Below are positions 44,926 through 55,233 of a DNA stretch of 64,000 nt, in pieces. The stretch spans positions 1,152,001-1,216,000 of the forward strand of contig CAVRVY010000004.1 in the NCBI GenBank assembly GCA_963724765.1, read 5' to 3'. The DNA is from an uncultured delta proteobacterium. Lineage in GTDB: Bacteria; Desulfobacterota; Binatia; Binatales; Binataceae. Under the pieces are notes generated by a model that made no database searches, had not been told where the DNA came from, and saw only the letters and a program-made list of their open reading frames with translations. A program made the translations under genes and the position numbers. Numbering within the stretch: position 1 is the stretch's first letter; every line of letters starts with the position of its first letter.

Positions 44926-46356
44926 ATGGCGAACTACGAACTCAAGGACTTGGTCGAATGGGACGCGCGCATCCGCGACAAGGTCGCCGAGTTCGGGCTC
45001 AACTGCTTCACGCAGGAGTTCGAGCTGTGCGACCACTTCGGGATGCTCGGCTACATGGCGTACTCGGGGATGCCCTCGCATTACCCGCACTGGTCGTACG
45101 GCAAGTCCTACGAAAAGCTCAAGACGCTCTACGACCACGGGGTGAGCGGCCTGCCCTATGAGATGGTCATCAACTCCGACCCGGCGCTCGCCTACCTGAT
45201 GCGTGACAATACGCTGCTGCTCCAAATCCTGACCATCGCGCACGTTTACGGCCATAACGACTTCTTCAAGAACAATTTCACCTATCGCACTACCCGCGCC
45301 TCGCTGACCATCGAGCTGTTCAAGGCCCACGCGTTGCGCGTGCGGCATTACGCAGAGGATCCTTCCATCGGCGTCGACAAGGTCGAGCACGTTCTCGACG
45401 CGGCGCACGCGCTGAGCTGGCAATGCCGGCGCAACCTTGCGATCCGCAAGCTCAGCCACAACGAGCAGCTCGAACGCCTGGTGGAAGCGGCTCATCCCAA
45501 GACCGATCCCTTCCATCGCATCCATGCGCGCGAGGAGGTCCACGAGCCCGATATCCACAAGGTGCCGGTCGAGCCCGACGAGGACCTCCTGCTGTTCATC
45601 CGCGACCACAACCCGTTTCTCGCCGAATGGGAGAAGGACCTGCTGACCATCGTGGACGAGGAAGCGAAGTACTTTCTGCCGATGCTCGAGACCAAGATCA
45701 TGAACGAGGGATGGGCGAGCTACTGGCACAAGCGCATCGTGGAGTCGCTCGATCTCGAACAGGGCCTGCACCTGGAATTCATCGTGCGGCACAACCAGGT
45801 CGTCCGTCCGATACCCGGCCAGATCAATCCCTACTACCTCGGGTTCAAAATCTGGGAAGACATCTACCGCCGCCACACCAATCCGACGGCCGAGGAGATC
45901 AAGCGTGACGGCCCCCCGTCCAAGAACGGCGAAGCCAAGATCTTCGAGGTGCGCGAGGCCGAGCGCGACAGCTCCTTTCTGCGCCGTTTCCTGACCGAGG
46001 AATTGATGCGCGAGATGGACCTGTTCAAGTACGAGGCGCGCGGCGACGATTTGGTGGTCGACAAGGTCTCCGATGAAGAAGGCTGGCGCGAGGTCAAGGA
46101 CACGCTCATCCGCAACGTCGGCGCCAGCTCGATTCCCGTGATCAAGGTCGAGGACGCCGACTTCGGCCAGAACCGCACGCTGTACCTCAAGCACAGTCAT
46201 GACGGCCGCGATCTCCAGCTCGAGTACGGCGAGAAAACGCTCGCCTACGTGGCCCGCCTGTGGGGACGCGAGGTCGTGCTTGAGACCACGCTGCAGGGCA
46301 AGCGCTCGCTGCTCTGCTACAACGAGCGGGGCTTCTCGATGCGCGCGTTGAAGTAG
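44926..46356 (+). CDS. spoVR: SpoVR/YcgB family protein
   Basis: GMPSHYPHWSYGK, YEMVINSDP, AHVYGHNDFFKNN, TKIMNEGWASYWH and NPYYLG. Confidence 0.96.
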   Translation: MANYELKDLVEWDARIRDKVAEFGLNCFTQEFELCDHFGMLGYMAYSGMPSHYPHWSYGKSYEKLKTLYDHGVSGLPYEMVINSDPALAYLMRDNTLLLQILTIAHVYGHNDFFKNNFTYRTTRASLTIELFKAHALRVRHYAEDPSIGVDKVEHVLDAAHALSWQCRRNLAIRKLSHNEQLERLVEAAHPKTDPFHRIHAREEVHEPDIHKVPVEPDEDLLLFIRDHNPFLAEWEKDLLTIVDEEAKYFLPMLETKIMNEGWASYWHKRIVESLDLEQGLHLEFIVRHNQVVRPIPGQINPYYLGFKIWEDIYRRHTNPTAEEIKRDGPPSKNGEAKIFEVREAERDSSFLRRFLTEELMREMDLFKYEARGDDLVVDKVSDEEGWREVKDTLIRNVGASSIPVIKVEDADFGQNRTLYLKHSHDGRDLQLEYGEKTLAYVARLWGREVVLETTLQGKRSLLCYNERGFSMRALK

Positions 46357-46389
46357 CGGGCCGCGTCTCGCGCGCTGCGGCACGCCGCG

Positions 46390-47718
46390 ATGGCCTCCTC
46401 CAGCGAAAAATTCGAAACCGGCCTGCGCATGATCCTCGAAGCCCTCGACGAGGCGGCGCGCGAAGACCACGCGCCGCTCAGCGCCAGTGCGATGCGCGCC
46501 GAATTGGAGCGCCTTGCGCTGATGCGCGGGCGGCCGGCCTTCTATCCCTACCTCGGCTCAGGCATCGGACGCGGCGCGCGCGCGATGCTCGCGGACGGGC
46601 GATGGGTGCTCGACTTCGCACTCGGCATTGGCGTCCATCTGTTCGGCCATGGCGACCCGGATCTGATCGCTACCGCGATTCGCGCTGCCGCCTCCGACCT
46701 GGTGATGCAGGGCAACCTGATTTTCAATCGCGAATACGGCGCGCTGATGGAGACGCTGCTGCGGCACGCGCCCGCCGGGATGGAAAACTGCTGGCTCGCG
46801 CTGTCCGGAGCCGACGCCAACGAGAACGCGCTCAAGCTCGTGCGCTACAAGCGCGCCGGACGTCCCGGCGTGATCGCGTTTCGCGGATGCTTTCACGGAC
46901 GGACCAGCGCGATGGCGGAAATCACCGACCGTCCGGACTACCGAATGGGCCAGCCGGCAACCTTCCCGGTGCACTATGTCCCCTTTTACGACCGCAACGA
47001 CCCCGACAGCATCGCCAAATCGCTAGCCGCGCTCCGCGACGCGATCGCGCGCGAGGGCGAGCGCGTAGCGGCCTTCATCGTCGAACTGGTGCAGGGCGAA
47101 GCCGGCTTCGTGACCGCACCACGCGAATTTTTCGTGGCGTTGTTCGAAGAATGCCGCCGCGCCGCGATCCCAATCTGGGCCGACGAGGTGCAGACCTTCG
47201 CCCGCACGGGTGAACTGTTCGCAACCGACCTGCTCAAGCTTGCCGACTATGTCGACGTCATCACCATCGGCAAGGTCTTCCAGGGCAGCGCCGTACTGCA
47301 TCGGCGCGACTTCGCGCCCGACCCCGCGCTCATCTCGGGAACTTACTCGGGCGCGACCGTGCCGATGGCGGTCGCGCGGCGGATGATCGAGCGAATGTTT
47401 GAAGGTGGAATGTTCGGGCCGCAGGGGCGCGAGCGCGAACTGGAGCGGCTGACGCGCGAGCATCTGCGCATACTTGCCGAGCGCCATCCCGGCGTGGTCT
47501 CCGAGATCGACGGCGTGGGCGCGATGCTGTCATTTAGGGTCGGTGATGGAGCGCTTGAAACCACGCGGGCTTTCATCCGGCGATGCTTCGACGCGGGGCT
47601 GGTGCTCTACTACGGCGGGCACGAGCCGGCATGCGTGCGGCTCTTTGTGCCGGCGGCGGTCGTGACCAACGACGAACTCACTGACGCGTTCACTATCCTC
47701 GACCGCTGCATGGATTGA
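46390..47718 (+). CDS. Class III PLP aminotransferase (lysine-6-/ornithine aminotransferase-like)
   Basis: SGADANENA, FHGRT, ELVQGEAG, DEVQTFARTG and PLP lysine in IGKVFQ. Confidence 0.88.
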   Translation: MASSSEKFETGLRMILEALDEAAREDHAPLSASAMRAELERLALMRGRPAFYPYLGSGIGRGARAMLADGRWVLDFALGIGVHLFGHGDPDLIATAIRAAASDLVMQGNLIFNREYGALMETLLRHAPAGMENCWLALSGADANENALKLVRYKRAGRPGVIAFRGCFHGRTSAMAEITDRPDYRMGQPATFPVHYVPFYDRNDPDSIAKSLAALRDAIAREGERVAAFIVELVQGEAGFVTAPREFFVALFEECRRAAIPIWADEVQTFARTGELFATDLLKLADYVDVITIGKVFQGSAVLHRRDFAPDPALISGTYSGATVPMAVARRMIERMFEGGMFGPQGRERELERLTREHLRILAERHPGVVSEIDGVGAMLSFRVGDGALETTRAFIRRCFDAGLVLYYGGHEPACVRLFVPAAVVTNDELTDAFTILDRCMD

Positions 47719-47748
47719 GCGGCGCCCCGGCGCGAAGGAAGTTGGCTC

Positions 47749-49110
47749 TCAGAGCTGTGCTGCGGGCGGCAGCGCGTCGAACGCCAGAACTTCCTCGCAC
47801 CATCGTGCGACGCTCAGCAGGCGGCCCTCATCGAGCGCAGCGCCGGTAAGCTGGATCGATATCGGCAATCCCGAGGGCGCGAGCGCGCAGGGCAGCGCGA
47901 TCACGGGATGGCCGCTTAAGCTCCACGGCAGGTTGAACGAGGGATCGCCGGTCGCGCCGATTCCGGCCGGCGCGGGCGCTGGCGTAGCAGGGGTCAAAAT
48001 CGCGTCGAAGCGCGCGAGCACATGATCGACCTCGCGGCGAAAGCGCGTCTGCACCTCGAGCGCGCGGATATATTCCCAGGCCGGGGTGTCGAGGCCGCGC
48101 TCGACGTACTCGCGAATCTTCGGCCCGTATAGATCCTTCTTCCCCGCGAAGCGCTCGCGATGGACCTCGGCGGCCTCGGCGCATAACTCGAGCATCGTGT
48201 TCGCCGTGATGTAAGCGAAACTCGGCGGCTCGTCGACGGTTTCGATCCGCGCACCGGCATCGGCGAACCTGGCGATGGCCCCGGCGACGGCGGACCGCGT
48301 CTGCTCGCCCGCGCGATCGTCGAACGCCTTCGGCATCAGCGCGATTCGGAGCCCCTCTGCCGGCTGCGCCGCAGCGTGAATATAGTCGTCGATCGCGACG
48401 GCAAGGCTAACCGGGTCGCGCGGATCCTCCCCGGCCATCGCCTGGAGCATCGCGGCCGCGTCGGCGACCGAGCGCGCGAAGATCCCGACGTGATCGAGAC
48501 TCGGCGCCAGCGGCAACATTCCATAGCGGCTGATTCGTCCGTAGCTCGGTTTCATCCCGACGACGCCGCAGTATGCGGACGGGCGGATGGTCGAGCCAAC
48601 GGTTTGCGAACCGATCGCCGCATAACACATCCGCGCCGCCACCGCGGCGCCCGATCCGCTGCTGGAGCCACCGGGAGTGTGCTCGAGATTCCACGGGTTG
48701 CGTGTGGCGGCCGGATCCAACAGCGCGAATTCGGTGGTGGCGAGCTTGCCCAGGATGATCGCGCCGGCGCGTTTAAGCCGCGCCACCGCCTCGGCGTCGT
48801 AGTCGGGAACGTAGCCGGCGAGCGCCTTCGAGCCACCCTCGGTTGCGAGCCCGGCGGTATAGAAGATGTCCTTGATCCCGACCGGCACGCCGTGGAGCGG
48901 CCCGCGAAAGCGCCCCTCGCGCGCTTCGCGGTCCAACTCGGCCGCGGCGCTGCGCGCCCGCGCGCGATCGATCCCGACCCAGGCCTTGATCGCGCCGTCG
49001 ATCCGATCAATGCGTGCAAGCGACGCGTCGACCAATTCGACCGGCGAGAGCTTGCGCTCGCGGACAAGGCGGGCCGCCTCCGTGAGCGTGAGCGCGTACG
49101 GTTGTGCCAT
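47749..49110 (-). CDS. Amidase signature family protein
   Basis: GIKD, TPGGSSSGS, GSQTVGSTIRPS and GMKPSYG. Confidence 0.92.
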   Translation of the reverse strand: MAQPYALTLTEAARLVRERKLSPVELVDASLARIDRIDGAIKAWVGIDRARARSAAAELDREAREGRFRGPLHGVPVGIKDIFYTAGLATEGGSKALAGYVPDYDAEAVARLKRAGAIILGKLATTEFALLDPAATRNPWNLEHTPGGSSSGSGAAVAARMCYAAIGSQTVGSTIRPSAYCGVVGMKPSYGRISRYGMLPLAPSLDHVGIFARSVADAAAMLQAMAGEDPRDPVSLAVAIDDYIHAAAQPAEGLRIALMPKAFDDRAGEQTRSAVAGAIARFADAGARIETVDEPPSFAYITANTMLELCAEAAEVHRERFAGKKDLYGPKIREYVERGLDTPAWEYIRALEVQTRFRREVDHVLARFDAILTPATPAPAPAGIGATGDPSFNLPWSLSGHPVIALPCALAPSGLPISIQLTGAALDEGRLLSVARWCEEVLAFDALPPAAQL

Positions 49111-49158
49111 CGCCTCTTTCCTCAATGGCTCCGTTGCTTCAGTGCGTCGGGTGCCGTC

Positions 49159-49932
49159 TCATTTCTTGCCCTTGAGATGCGTGTCGAAGTACGCCGCCAT
49201 CTTGGGCCACAGCTCGAAGGCCGCCTTCTCGCGGTAGCTCGGCCGGTAGTCGGCGAAGAACGCGTGGCCGGCATTCTTGAACATGTCGATGGTGAAGGTC
49301 TTGCCAGCCTGCTGCAGGCGCTGACGCAACACCTCGACCTGTGCGGGCGAGGGACTTGCGTCTTCCTCGCCGCAGACCGCGTAGAGCGGGCAACCGAGGC
49401 GCGCCACCAGGTCGACGATCGGCGTGGGACGCTGCGGCGTGACGGGCGCCGCGTCGGCGGTGATGCCGCCTCCCCAGCAATCGATCGCCGCGCTCAACCG
49501 GTTGCTGCTGCACGCATAGAGCAGCGTGGTGCGCCCGCCCATGCAGAATCCGACGCAGCCGATTTTGCCGGTCATCCCGGGCTGCGCCGCGAGCAGGTCG
49601 GCGGCCTGGTCGAGATCGCGCACCAGTTGCGCGTCGGGCAGCGCCAGCATCCGGCTGAGCACGATGTTCATGGGGTCTTCGGGCTTGGGCGCCCCGACCC
49701 GCGTATAGAGGTCGGGCGCGAGGGCGATGTAGCCGAGGCTGGCGAAGCGCCGCGCCACGTCGCGAATATGCTCGATCACGCCCCAGGCCTCGTGAATCAC
49801 GATAATGCCGGGATAGGAGCCAGGCGCGCGCGGCCTAACCAGGTAGGCGTTGATCGCAGTGCCGTCGCTCTGGAAGGTCACGTCGCGTCCTTCCAGTCGT
49901 TCGGGATTGGTTACTTGTCCTGCCAGTGCCAT
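49159..49932 (-). CDS. Dienelactone hydrolase family protein
   Basis: HEAWG, APDLY, nucleophile GFCMGG and AGHAF; AAGGAGG RBS. Confidence 0.93.
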   Translation of the reverse strand: MALAGQVTNPERLEGRDVTFQSDGTAINAYLVRPRAPGSYPGIIVIHEAWGVIEHIRDVARRFASLGYIALAPDLYTRVGAPKPEDPMNIVLSRMLALPDAQLVRDLDQAADLLAAQPGMTGKIGCVGFCMGGRTTLLYACSSNRLSAAIDCWGGGITADAAPVTPQRPTPIVDLVARLGCPLYAVCGEEDASPSPAQVEVLRQRLQQAGKTFTIDMFKNAGHAFFADYRPSYREKAAFELWPKMAAYFDTHLKGKK

Positions 49933-50170
49933 GATGCGTTCCTCCTTGGAATCAACCGAACGGCGCGCCGCGCCGCATCACCTGAATTTTTTGCCCGATC
50001 CTCTTCGTACCCAATAGCGCATTTTGCCGAGGCGGGGCTAATGCTCTTGCAGCGGCGAGTCGCTTCGCACCGCATCCGGGACTGTCTGAATTGCGCACCG
50101 AATCCGCACGAATCTGCCGGAAAGATCAATCTCTTGTTCAGGCGAGTTCCGGCTGATAGCCCTTGTTGCC

Positions 50171-51547
50171 ATGTTCGCAGCCAAGTCCGGCAGCGCACGC
50201 GGCCAGGCACGCGCCGCGTACATCGTCGCGGCCGTATGTCTTGGCGCGGCGATCGTGGTTCCCGCACTTTTCGGCGGGCGCGCCGAGCGGATTTATCGCG
50301 ATACTATCGCGCAACTGGCCGGTGCGGGCCGTGCCGTTAGCCTCGACTCCTATCGGCGCGGATGGTTCTCCTCGCAAGCCATCGTCACCGTCGCGGCGGG
50401 CCGCGGCTCGATAACCTTCGTGCAGCACGTGCATCACGGCCCGTTCGGATTTTACAACGGATGGCACGTCGCATTTCCGGTCGCGGCGATCGTCGATACC
50501 GATCCACCGCCCACACTGCAGAGCAATCTCGACAAGATCTTCGGTGATGCGCCGATAGTCATTTCGACGGTCGTCTGGATGGGCGGCACGCTCGATACTT
50601 ACATCTCACGCGCCGCAACCGAGCGCGCCGACACGGCCCACAAGTTCGCCGCCAAATTCGGCGGCTTCAACTCGGAAGTGCATCTGGCGCAGGACTTTTA
50701 CACCATTCGAGGCGACGCTCCCGCCATAACCGCCGCCGGCGCTTTCGGCGAAGCCGGGATGGCCGGCCTGACGATAAGCGGCGAGTCGCATCGCCACGCC
50801 GGCAGCGGACTGTGGCTCGGCTATGGCGCCTTCAACCTCGGTCGCTTTAACTACAGCATCGTTGGCAGCGGCGCCCGCCCTTCGGCCAGCGGTCTGGTGC
50901 AGGACGTCGGCCTTTCCGCGCTCACCGAAATCAGGAATGGCCGGCTCGATGCACGTGAAACCGTATCGGTCGGCAATATAGCAGCCGGCGCCCTGAAACT
51001 GGGACCGATGAGCCTGAGGGCCGGAATCGACAACGTCGCACCGGAGCCGATCACACAATTCACCAATGCGCTCGCGTCGATTTCGCACTCGGCGTCCGAT
51101 CAACAGACGCGGTCGCGGATGCTTCAGGAAAAAATGGCCGATCTGTTCGTTGCGATAGTGAAAGAGTCGCCGGTTCTGTCTGTCGATCTGCACGCCGCCA
51201 GCCCCAATGGCGAGGCGGTGGGCAAGGCCACGCTCGGAATCTCTCCCGAGCTCGCCAATGATCCACTGATAAAGGCCGACAATCCTGATCGCAAGGGTAT
51301 GATCGCGCAAGCCTGGAAAAAGTACGGGCATGCGTCGGTCGAACTCGTCGCGCCGACCGGCTTTCTCGCGCAGTTGACAAAGGAGGATCAACTCAAGCAA
51401 CTCGAACAAAGCGGCATCCTCGACCGTGACGGCGCCAATTATGTCTGCCGCGCGAATTTCAAAGACGGCGGATGGCTGATCAACGGCCACAAGCTCAAAC
51501 TCCCGGCTCCGCCCGCTCGTCCCAACCTCACCAATCGCCATAGCTAA
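50171..51547 (+). CDS. YdgA/DUF945 family protein
   Basis: N-terminal TM; YRRGWFSS, HVHHGPF and C-terminal LINGHKL. Confidence 0.78.
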   Translation: MFAAKSGSARGQARAAYIVAAVCLGAAIVVPALFGGRAERIYRDTIAQLAGAGRAVSLDSYRRGWFSSQAIVTVAAGRGSITFVQHVHHGPFGFYNGWHVAFPVAAIVDTDPPPTLQSNLDKIFGDAPIVISTVVWMGGTLDTYISRAATERADTAHKFAAKFGGFNSEVHLAQDFYTIRGDAPAITAAGAFGEAGMAGLTISGESHRHAGSGLWLGYGAFNLGRFNYSIVGSGARPSASGLVQDVGLSALTEIRNGRLDARETVSVGNIAAGALKLGPMSLRAGIDNVAPEPITQFTNALASISHSASDQQTRSRMLQEKMADLFVAIVKESPVLSVDLHAASPNGEAVGKATLGISPELANDPLIKADNPDRKGMIAQAWKKYGHASVELVAPTGFLAQLTKEDQLKQLEQSGILDRDGANYVCRANFKDGGWLINGHKLKLPAPPARPNLTNRHS

Positions 51548-51677
51548 ACCCAAGCCTCACGTCGCCGTTACACATCGGCGCGTCGCTCAGGCGACGCCCC
51601 CTTACCTTGGCTGGCCGATTCGGGCAAGCTTTAGCGACGTTGGGGGGAGTGGCGCGGCCGCGAAGATCGAACCGCTG

Positions 51678-52310
51678 ATGCATCATCTCACGAACCCTGC
51701 CGAACTGTCCGACCTGCTCGCGACCTGGGGCTATCTCGGCATCTTTCTCTTTGTTTTTGTCGGCAACCTGGGAGTGCCGGTCCCGGAGGAGAGCGTGCTG
51801 ATCGCCGCGGGCTTTCTCGCCTCGCATGGCCTGCTCGATCTCGAATGGGTCTATGTGGTGGCGGTGGCGAGCGCGGTTACCGGCGACTGCTCCGGCTTCT
51901 TGATCGGACGCACGGGCGGCCAGCATCTGCTGGAGCGCCTCGCCGCGAGATTCGCGTTCGTGCGCCGGCGTATCGAGCAGCTGCGCCTGTTCTTTGATCA
52001 GCACGGCAGCAAAGCGGTCTTCATGGCGCGTTTCATCGCGGGCGCGCGCTTCCTGGCGGGACCGATGGCAGGGGCGGCGGGGATGCCTTTTTTGCGGTTT
52101 CTGGGATGGAATGTGACGGGGGCGCTCATCTGGTGCTCGCTCATGGTGACGATCGGGTACCTGGTGGGTGACGAGGTCTGGCGCGCAGTCGGGTTCGTCC
52201 ATTGGGGCGCGCGATGGATCGCGCTCGGCGCGGCGGTGATCTGTCTGGTCGTCTACCTGATTCACTGGTGGACGCATCAGACAGCGCCGGGCCCTGACGC
52301 GCGCGCCTGA
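51678..52310 (+). CDS. DedA family membrane protein
   Basis: GVPVPEE, GD...LIGR, ARFIAGAR and AGAAGMPFLRF. Confidence 0.92.
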   Translation: MHHLTNPAELSDLLATWGYLGIFLFVFVGNLGVPVPEESVLIAAGFLASHGLLDLEWVYVVAVASAVTGDCSGFLIGRTGGQHLLERLAARFAFVRRRIEQLRLFFDQHGSKAVFMARFIAGARFLAGPMAGAAGMPFLRFLGWNVTGALIWCSLMVTIGYLVGDEVWRAVGFVHWGARWIALGAAVICLVVYLIHWWTHQTAPGPDARA

Positions 52311-52451
52311 GCGGCGCGAAACGCCATACCGCGAGCGCCTCGTTTGCATCGGGGCGTATCCCGGGACTAGGCTTCGCCATCCCCGCACCGGCCCAACGTC
52401 CGCTGCAAAGACTTAATTCGGCGCGGCAACCGCAACGGAGGAACAGGCGCG

Positions 52452-53012
52452 ATGGCGCTGCTACCGTACGTCGACGAATCGAAGGCTTCCGACAAGACCC
52501 GCGAAATCCTGGGCAACACCCCGCGCAAGATGAACGTCGCCCGCATGATCGCCAACAGCAGCGACGCGGTGTTCCAGAATTTCTCGCGCCTGGGTCACTC
52601 GCTGCTGACGCGCGCGAAGCTCGACAGTAAACTGCGTGAGATCGCGATCCTGCGCACTGCCAAGCTCACCGGCTCGGTCTACGAATGGACCCAGCACGTG
52701 CCGATCGCGAAAGCCTGCGGAGTCAGCAACGAACAGATGGCGGCGATGGAAAGTTGGGAAGGCACCAAGTGCTTCGACGAAGTCGAACGCCTGGTGCTCA
52801 CGCTCACCGACGAGGTCACGCGCAACATCAAGGGCAGCAAGCGAACGCTCGATGCGCTGAAAAAGCATCTCGGCACCACGGAACTAGTCGAGCTGATCCT
52901 TTCGATCGGCTTCTGGGGCATGGTGGCGCGGCTGCTCGAGACCACTGAAGTCGACCTCGAGGACTTCGCCGGCAAGCTCAATATGCTGGAACGCGGCCCG
53001 CGCAAATCCTAG
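52452..53012 (+). CDS. Carboxymuconolactone decarboxylase/AhpD-like protein
   Basis: LREIAILRTA...YEWTQH motif; GGAGG RBS. Confidence 0.88.
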   Translation: MALLPYVDESKASDKTREILGNTPRKMNVARMIANSSDAVFQNFSRLGHSLLTRAKLDSKLREIAILRTAKLTGSVYEWTQHVPIAKACGVSNEQMAAMESWEGTKCFDEVERLVLTLTDEVTRNIKGSKRTLDALKKHLGTTELVELILSIGFWGMVARLLETTEVDLEDFAGKLNMLERGPRKS

Positions 53013-53014
53013 CT

Positions 53015-53854
53015 TTACGGCGCTGGGACAATAGCACCTGCCGTGCTGCGCGCTTTCTCCGCTGCCAGCGCCGGTGGCAGCGAGGAATCCCAGAGGCTCG
53101 CGACAAAGCGAGCGCCGGTAACCGCATCGGCCATCTCTGACACGAGCCACAGGAGCGGCTGCACCACGATCTCAGGACGGAACAGCCGGCTGCGGAATTC
53201 AGGCGCAATATCGCCTGGGACCATCCCGGTGTCAGTTGCTCCGCCTGGCAGCAATGAGTTGACGGTCACCCCGGTCCCGGCCAGATCCTGCGCCCAAATG
53301 ATCGTCTCCGACTCGAGCGCCGCCTTGGAAGGTCCGTACGGAGCGAACCCGGCCCGGCGCATCGTCTCATAGTTCATGGAGATGTTGATGATGCGGCCCC
53401 AGTGCTGTTTGAGCATATGGGGCACCACCGCACGCGCCATCAGAAACGGCCCGGTCACGTTAGTGTCGACGATCATCCGCCACACTGCCGGGTCGGTCTG
53501 CCAGAACTTCGTCGGAGTGTCGAGGAAATTCTCGCTGACGAAACGCATCCCGCGCCCGGCATTGTTCACCAGGATGTGGATCGAGCCAAACTCGCGGATG
53601 GCCTCGCTTACCACGAGCAGACCGTCCTGTTCACTCGTGACATCAGCCGTCAACCCGCGGACGGTCCCCGCCTGTAAGGTCTTCGCTTCATCCGCGACCG
53701 CTTCGATTTCATGACGGCCGCGCGCGGCCGTAATCACTACGTTCGCCCCGGCCCGGGCTAAGCCCAACACCATCGCGCGCCCCAGTCCGCGGCCGCCGCC
53801 AGTGACTATTGCCGTCTTGCCCGCAAGTTTTCCCACAAGTTCGCCGTTCGGCAT
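53015..53854 (-). CDS. SDR family oxidoreductase
   Basis: TGGGRGLG, LVNNAG and catalytic YGPSK; start reassigned to ATG 53854. Confidence 0.9.
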   Translation of the reverse strand: MPNGELVGKLAGKTAIVTGGGRGLGRAMVLGLARAGANVVITAARGRHEIEAVADEAKTLQAGTVRGLTADVTSEQDGLLVVSEAIREFGSIHILVNNAGRGMRFVSENFLDTPTKFWQTDPAVWRMIVDTNVTGPFLMARAVVPHMLKQHWGRIINISMNYETMRRAGFAPYGPSKAALESETIIWAQDLAGTGVTVNSLLPGGATDTGMVPGDIAPEFRSRLFRPEIVVQPLLWLVSEMADAVTGARFVASLWDSSLPPALAAEKARSTAGAIVPAP

Positions 53855-53909
53855 TTGCGTGTGCTCGTCCGGTTCAATCCGCGCGCAGGCCCGCGACCGA
53901 ATTCGGCCA

Positions 53910-55202
53910 TCAACTGTTGCGCGCGCGGCCGGCGAACCATAGATAGCCGTCGCTGTCGCGCGAGGCCAGGTCGCCGGTGAAGTAGTAATCCCCGCGAAAC
54001 GCCGCCGCATTCGCTGCGGGATTTTTCCAGTACTCCAACAAAAGCGAGGGCGGCCGCTGGGGATTTATCCGGATCACGATCTCGCCTGTCTCGCCGTCGC
54101 CCGCCTCTTTGTCCTCGGCGCCGAGCACGCGAACGTCGTGACCGAGGAACGGCTGCCCCATCGAACCCGGCTTAATTTCCATTCCCGGCGTATTGGCCGC
54201 GACGATGGCCGTCTCGGCCTGTCCATAGCCGTCGTGGATTGTAAGTCCTAAACCGTCACGCCAGACGCCGATGATTTCCGAATTGAGCGCTTCGCCGGTG
54301 GCGGTGCAATGGCGCAGAGTCGGGAGCTTGTGGGATGCGAGGTCCTCTTGCATCAGCCGCAGGTATTCCGTGGGTGTCGCGCACAGCGTCGCGATCGAAT
54401 AGCGCGCGAGCAACTCCAGTTGCTTTCGAGGCTCGAGGACGCCGTTGTACATGAAGGTCGTAACCCCGTTCATCCACGGGCCGAACAGCTCGCCGTACCC
54501 CGCCTTGGCCGATCCGGTGTCCGCAGGGGCCCAGTGCAATTCGCCCGGACGCACGTCGAGCCAGCGGCTCCCGGTGTAACGCTGGCACCAGCTGTAGGCA
54601 TGGCTGTGCAGCACAGCCATGGGTTCGTCCGCGGCGCCGGAAGTGTAGAGGCAAAGCGCGGGATCGCTCGCGCGCGTACGCACCGGCGAAAAGTTGGCCG
54701 AGGCCTGGCCCATCGAGGCCCGCATCCCGAGCCATCCGCTGCGCGGGCTGCCCGCGATGAGATAGTGCTTGAGCGCCGGACATCGGTTGCGCAGGTCGCT
54801 GATGAGGCTGGCGTTCTCGACCGCGGCGATGATCGCGACCGCGCCCGAATGAGTGGCGCGGTAAACGAAGTCCTTGTCGCGCAGCGCCGCGCCGCATGGG
54901 ATCACGATCGCGCCGGCCTTGAGCGCGCCCACGTAAGCCGCCTGCCACAGCGTGATGCGCGGCAGCGCGATCATCACCGGGTCGCCCGGCTTGACCCCGA
55001 GACCCGCCAGCACGTTGGCGAAACGGTTGGACTGTTCGCGAATGTCGGCGAAGCACAAACGCGCGCGGTTACCGTCCTGGTCCTCGCACAGGATCGCGGG
55101 GCGGCCCGGCTCGGCGCCGAAGGCGTCGATGGTCGCGCCAAAATTGAAGTGCTCCGGCACCTCCCAGCGGAAGTCGCGGTATGAATTTTCGTAGTCGCTC
55201 AT
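53910..55202 (-). CDS. Medium-chain acyl-CoA synthetase-like protein, C-terminally truncated with degenerate P-loop
   Basis: FRWEVPEHFNF, DGYGQAE, TGD and WFAGR; P-loop reads YTSGAADEPM; stops 4 residues after GR, so the C-terminal domain is absent. Confidence 0.75.
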   Translation of the reverse strand: MSDYENSYRDFRWEVPEHFNFGATIDAFGAEPGRPAILCEDQDGNRARLCFADIREQSNRFANVLAGLGVKPGDPVMIALPRITLWQAAYVGALKAGAIVIPCGAALRDKDFVYRATHSGAVAIIAAVENASLISDLRNRCPALKHYLIAGSPRSGWLGMRASMGQASANFSPVRTRASDPALCLYTSGAADEPMAVLHSHAYSWCQRYTGSRWLDVRPGELHWAPADTGSAKAGYGELFGPWMNGVTTFMYNGVLEPRKQLELLARYSIATLCATPTEYLRLMQEDLASHKLPTLRHCTATGEALNSEIIGVWRDGLGLTIHDGYGQAETAIVAANTPGMEIKPGSMGQPFLGHDVRVLGAEDKEAGDGETGEIVIRINPQRPPSLLLEYWKNPAANAAAFRGDYYFTGDLASRDSDGYLWFAGRARNS

Positions 55203-55233
55203 CAGCGGCACGTCCGCGCGAATCCAGCACGCG

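Noticed and set aside
44896-46470. 524-aa minus-strand ORF, and similar long antisense ORFs at 15227..16447, 22879..24006, 41520..42620, 55252..56655 and 59066..60187
   Set aside because: All mirror well-supported genes on the opposite strand and lack recognisable domains.
48376-50340. 654-aa plus-strand ORF
   Set aside because: Antisense shadow of the amidase and dienelactone hydrolase genes; no motifs; expected in high-GC coding DNA.
53855-53925. RIEPDE in another frame after the truncated ligase, resembling the ligase RIxPxE motif
   Set aside because: The match is weak and only about 55 bp precede the SDR start, too little for the missing domain; a simple frameshift cannot restore the protein.
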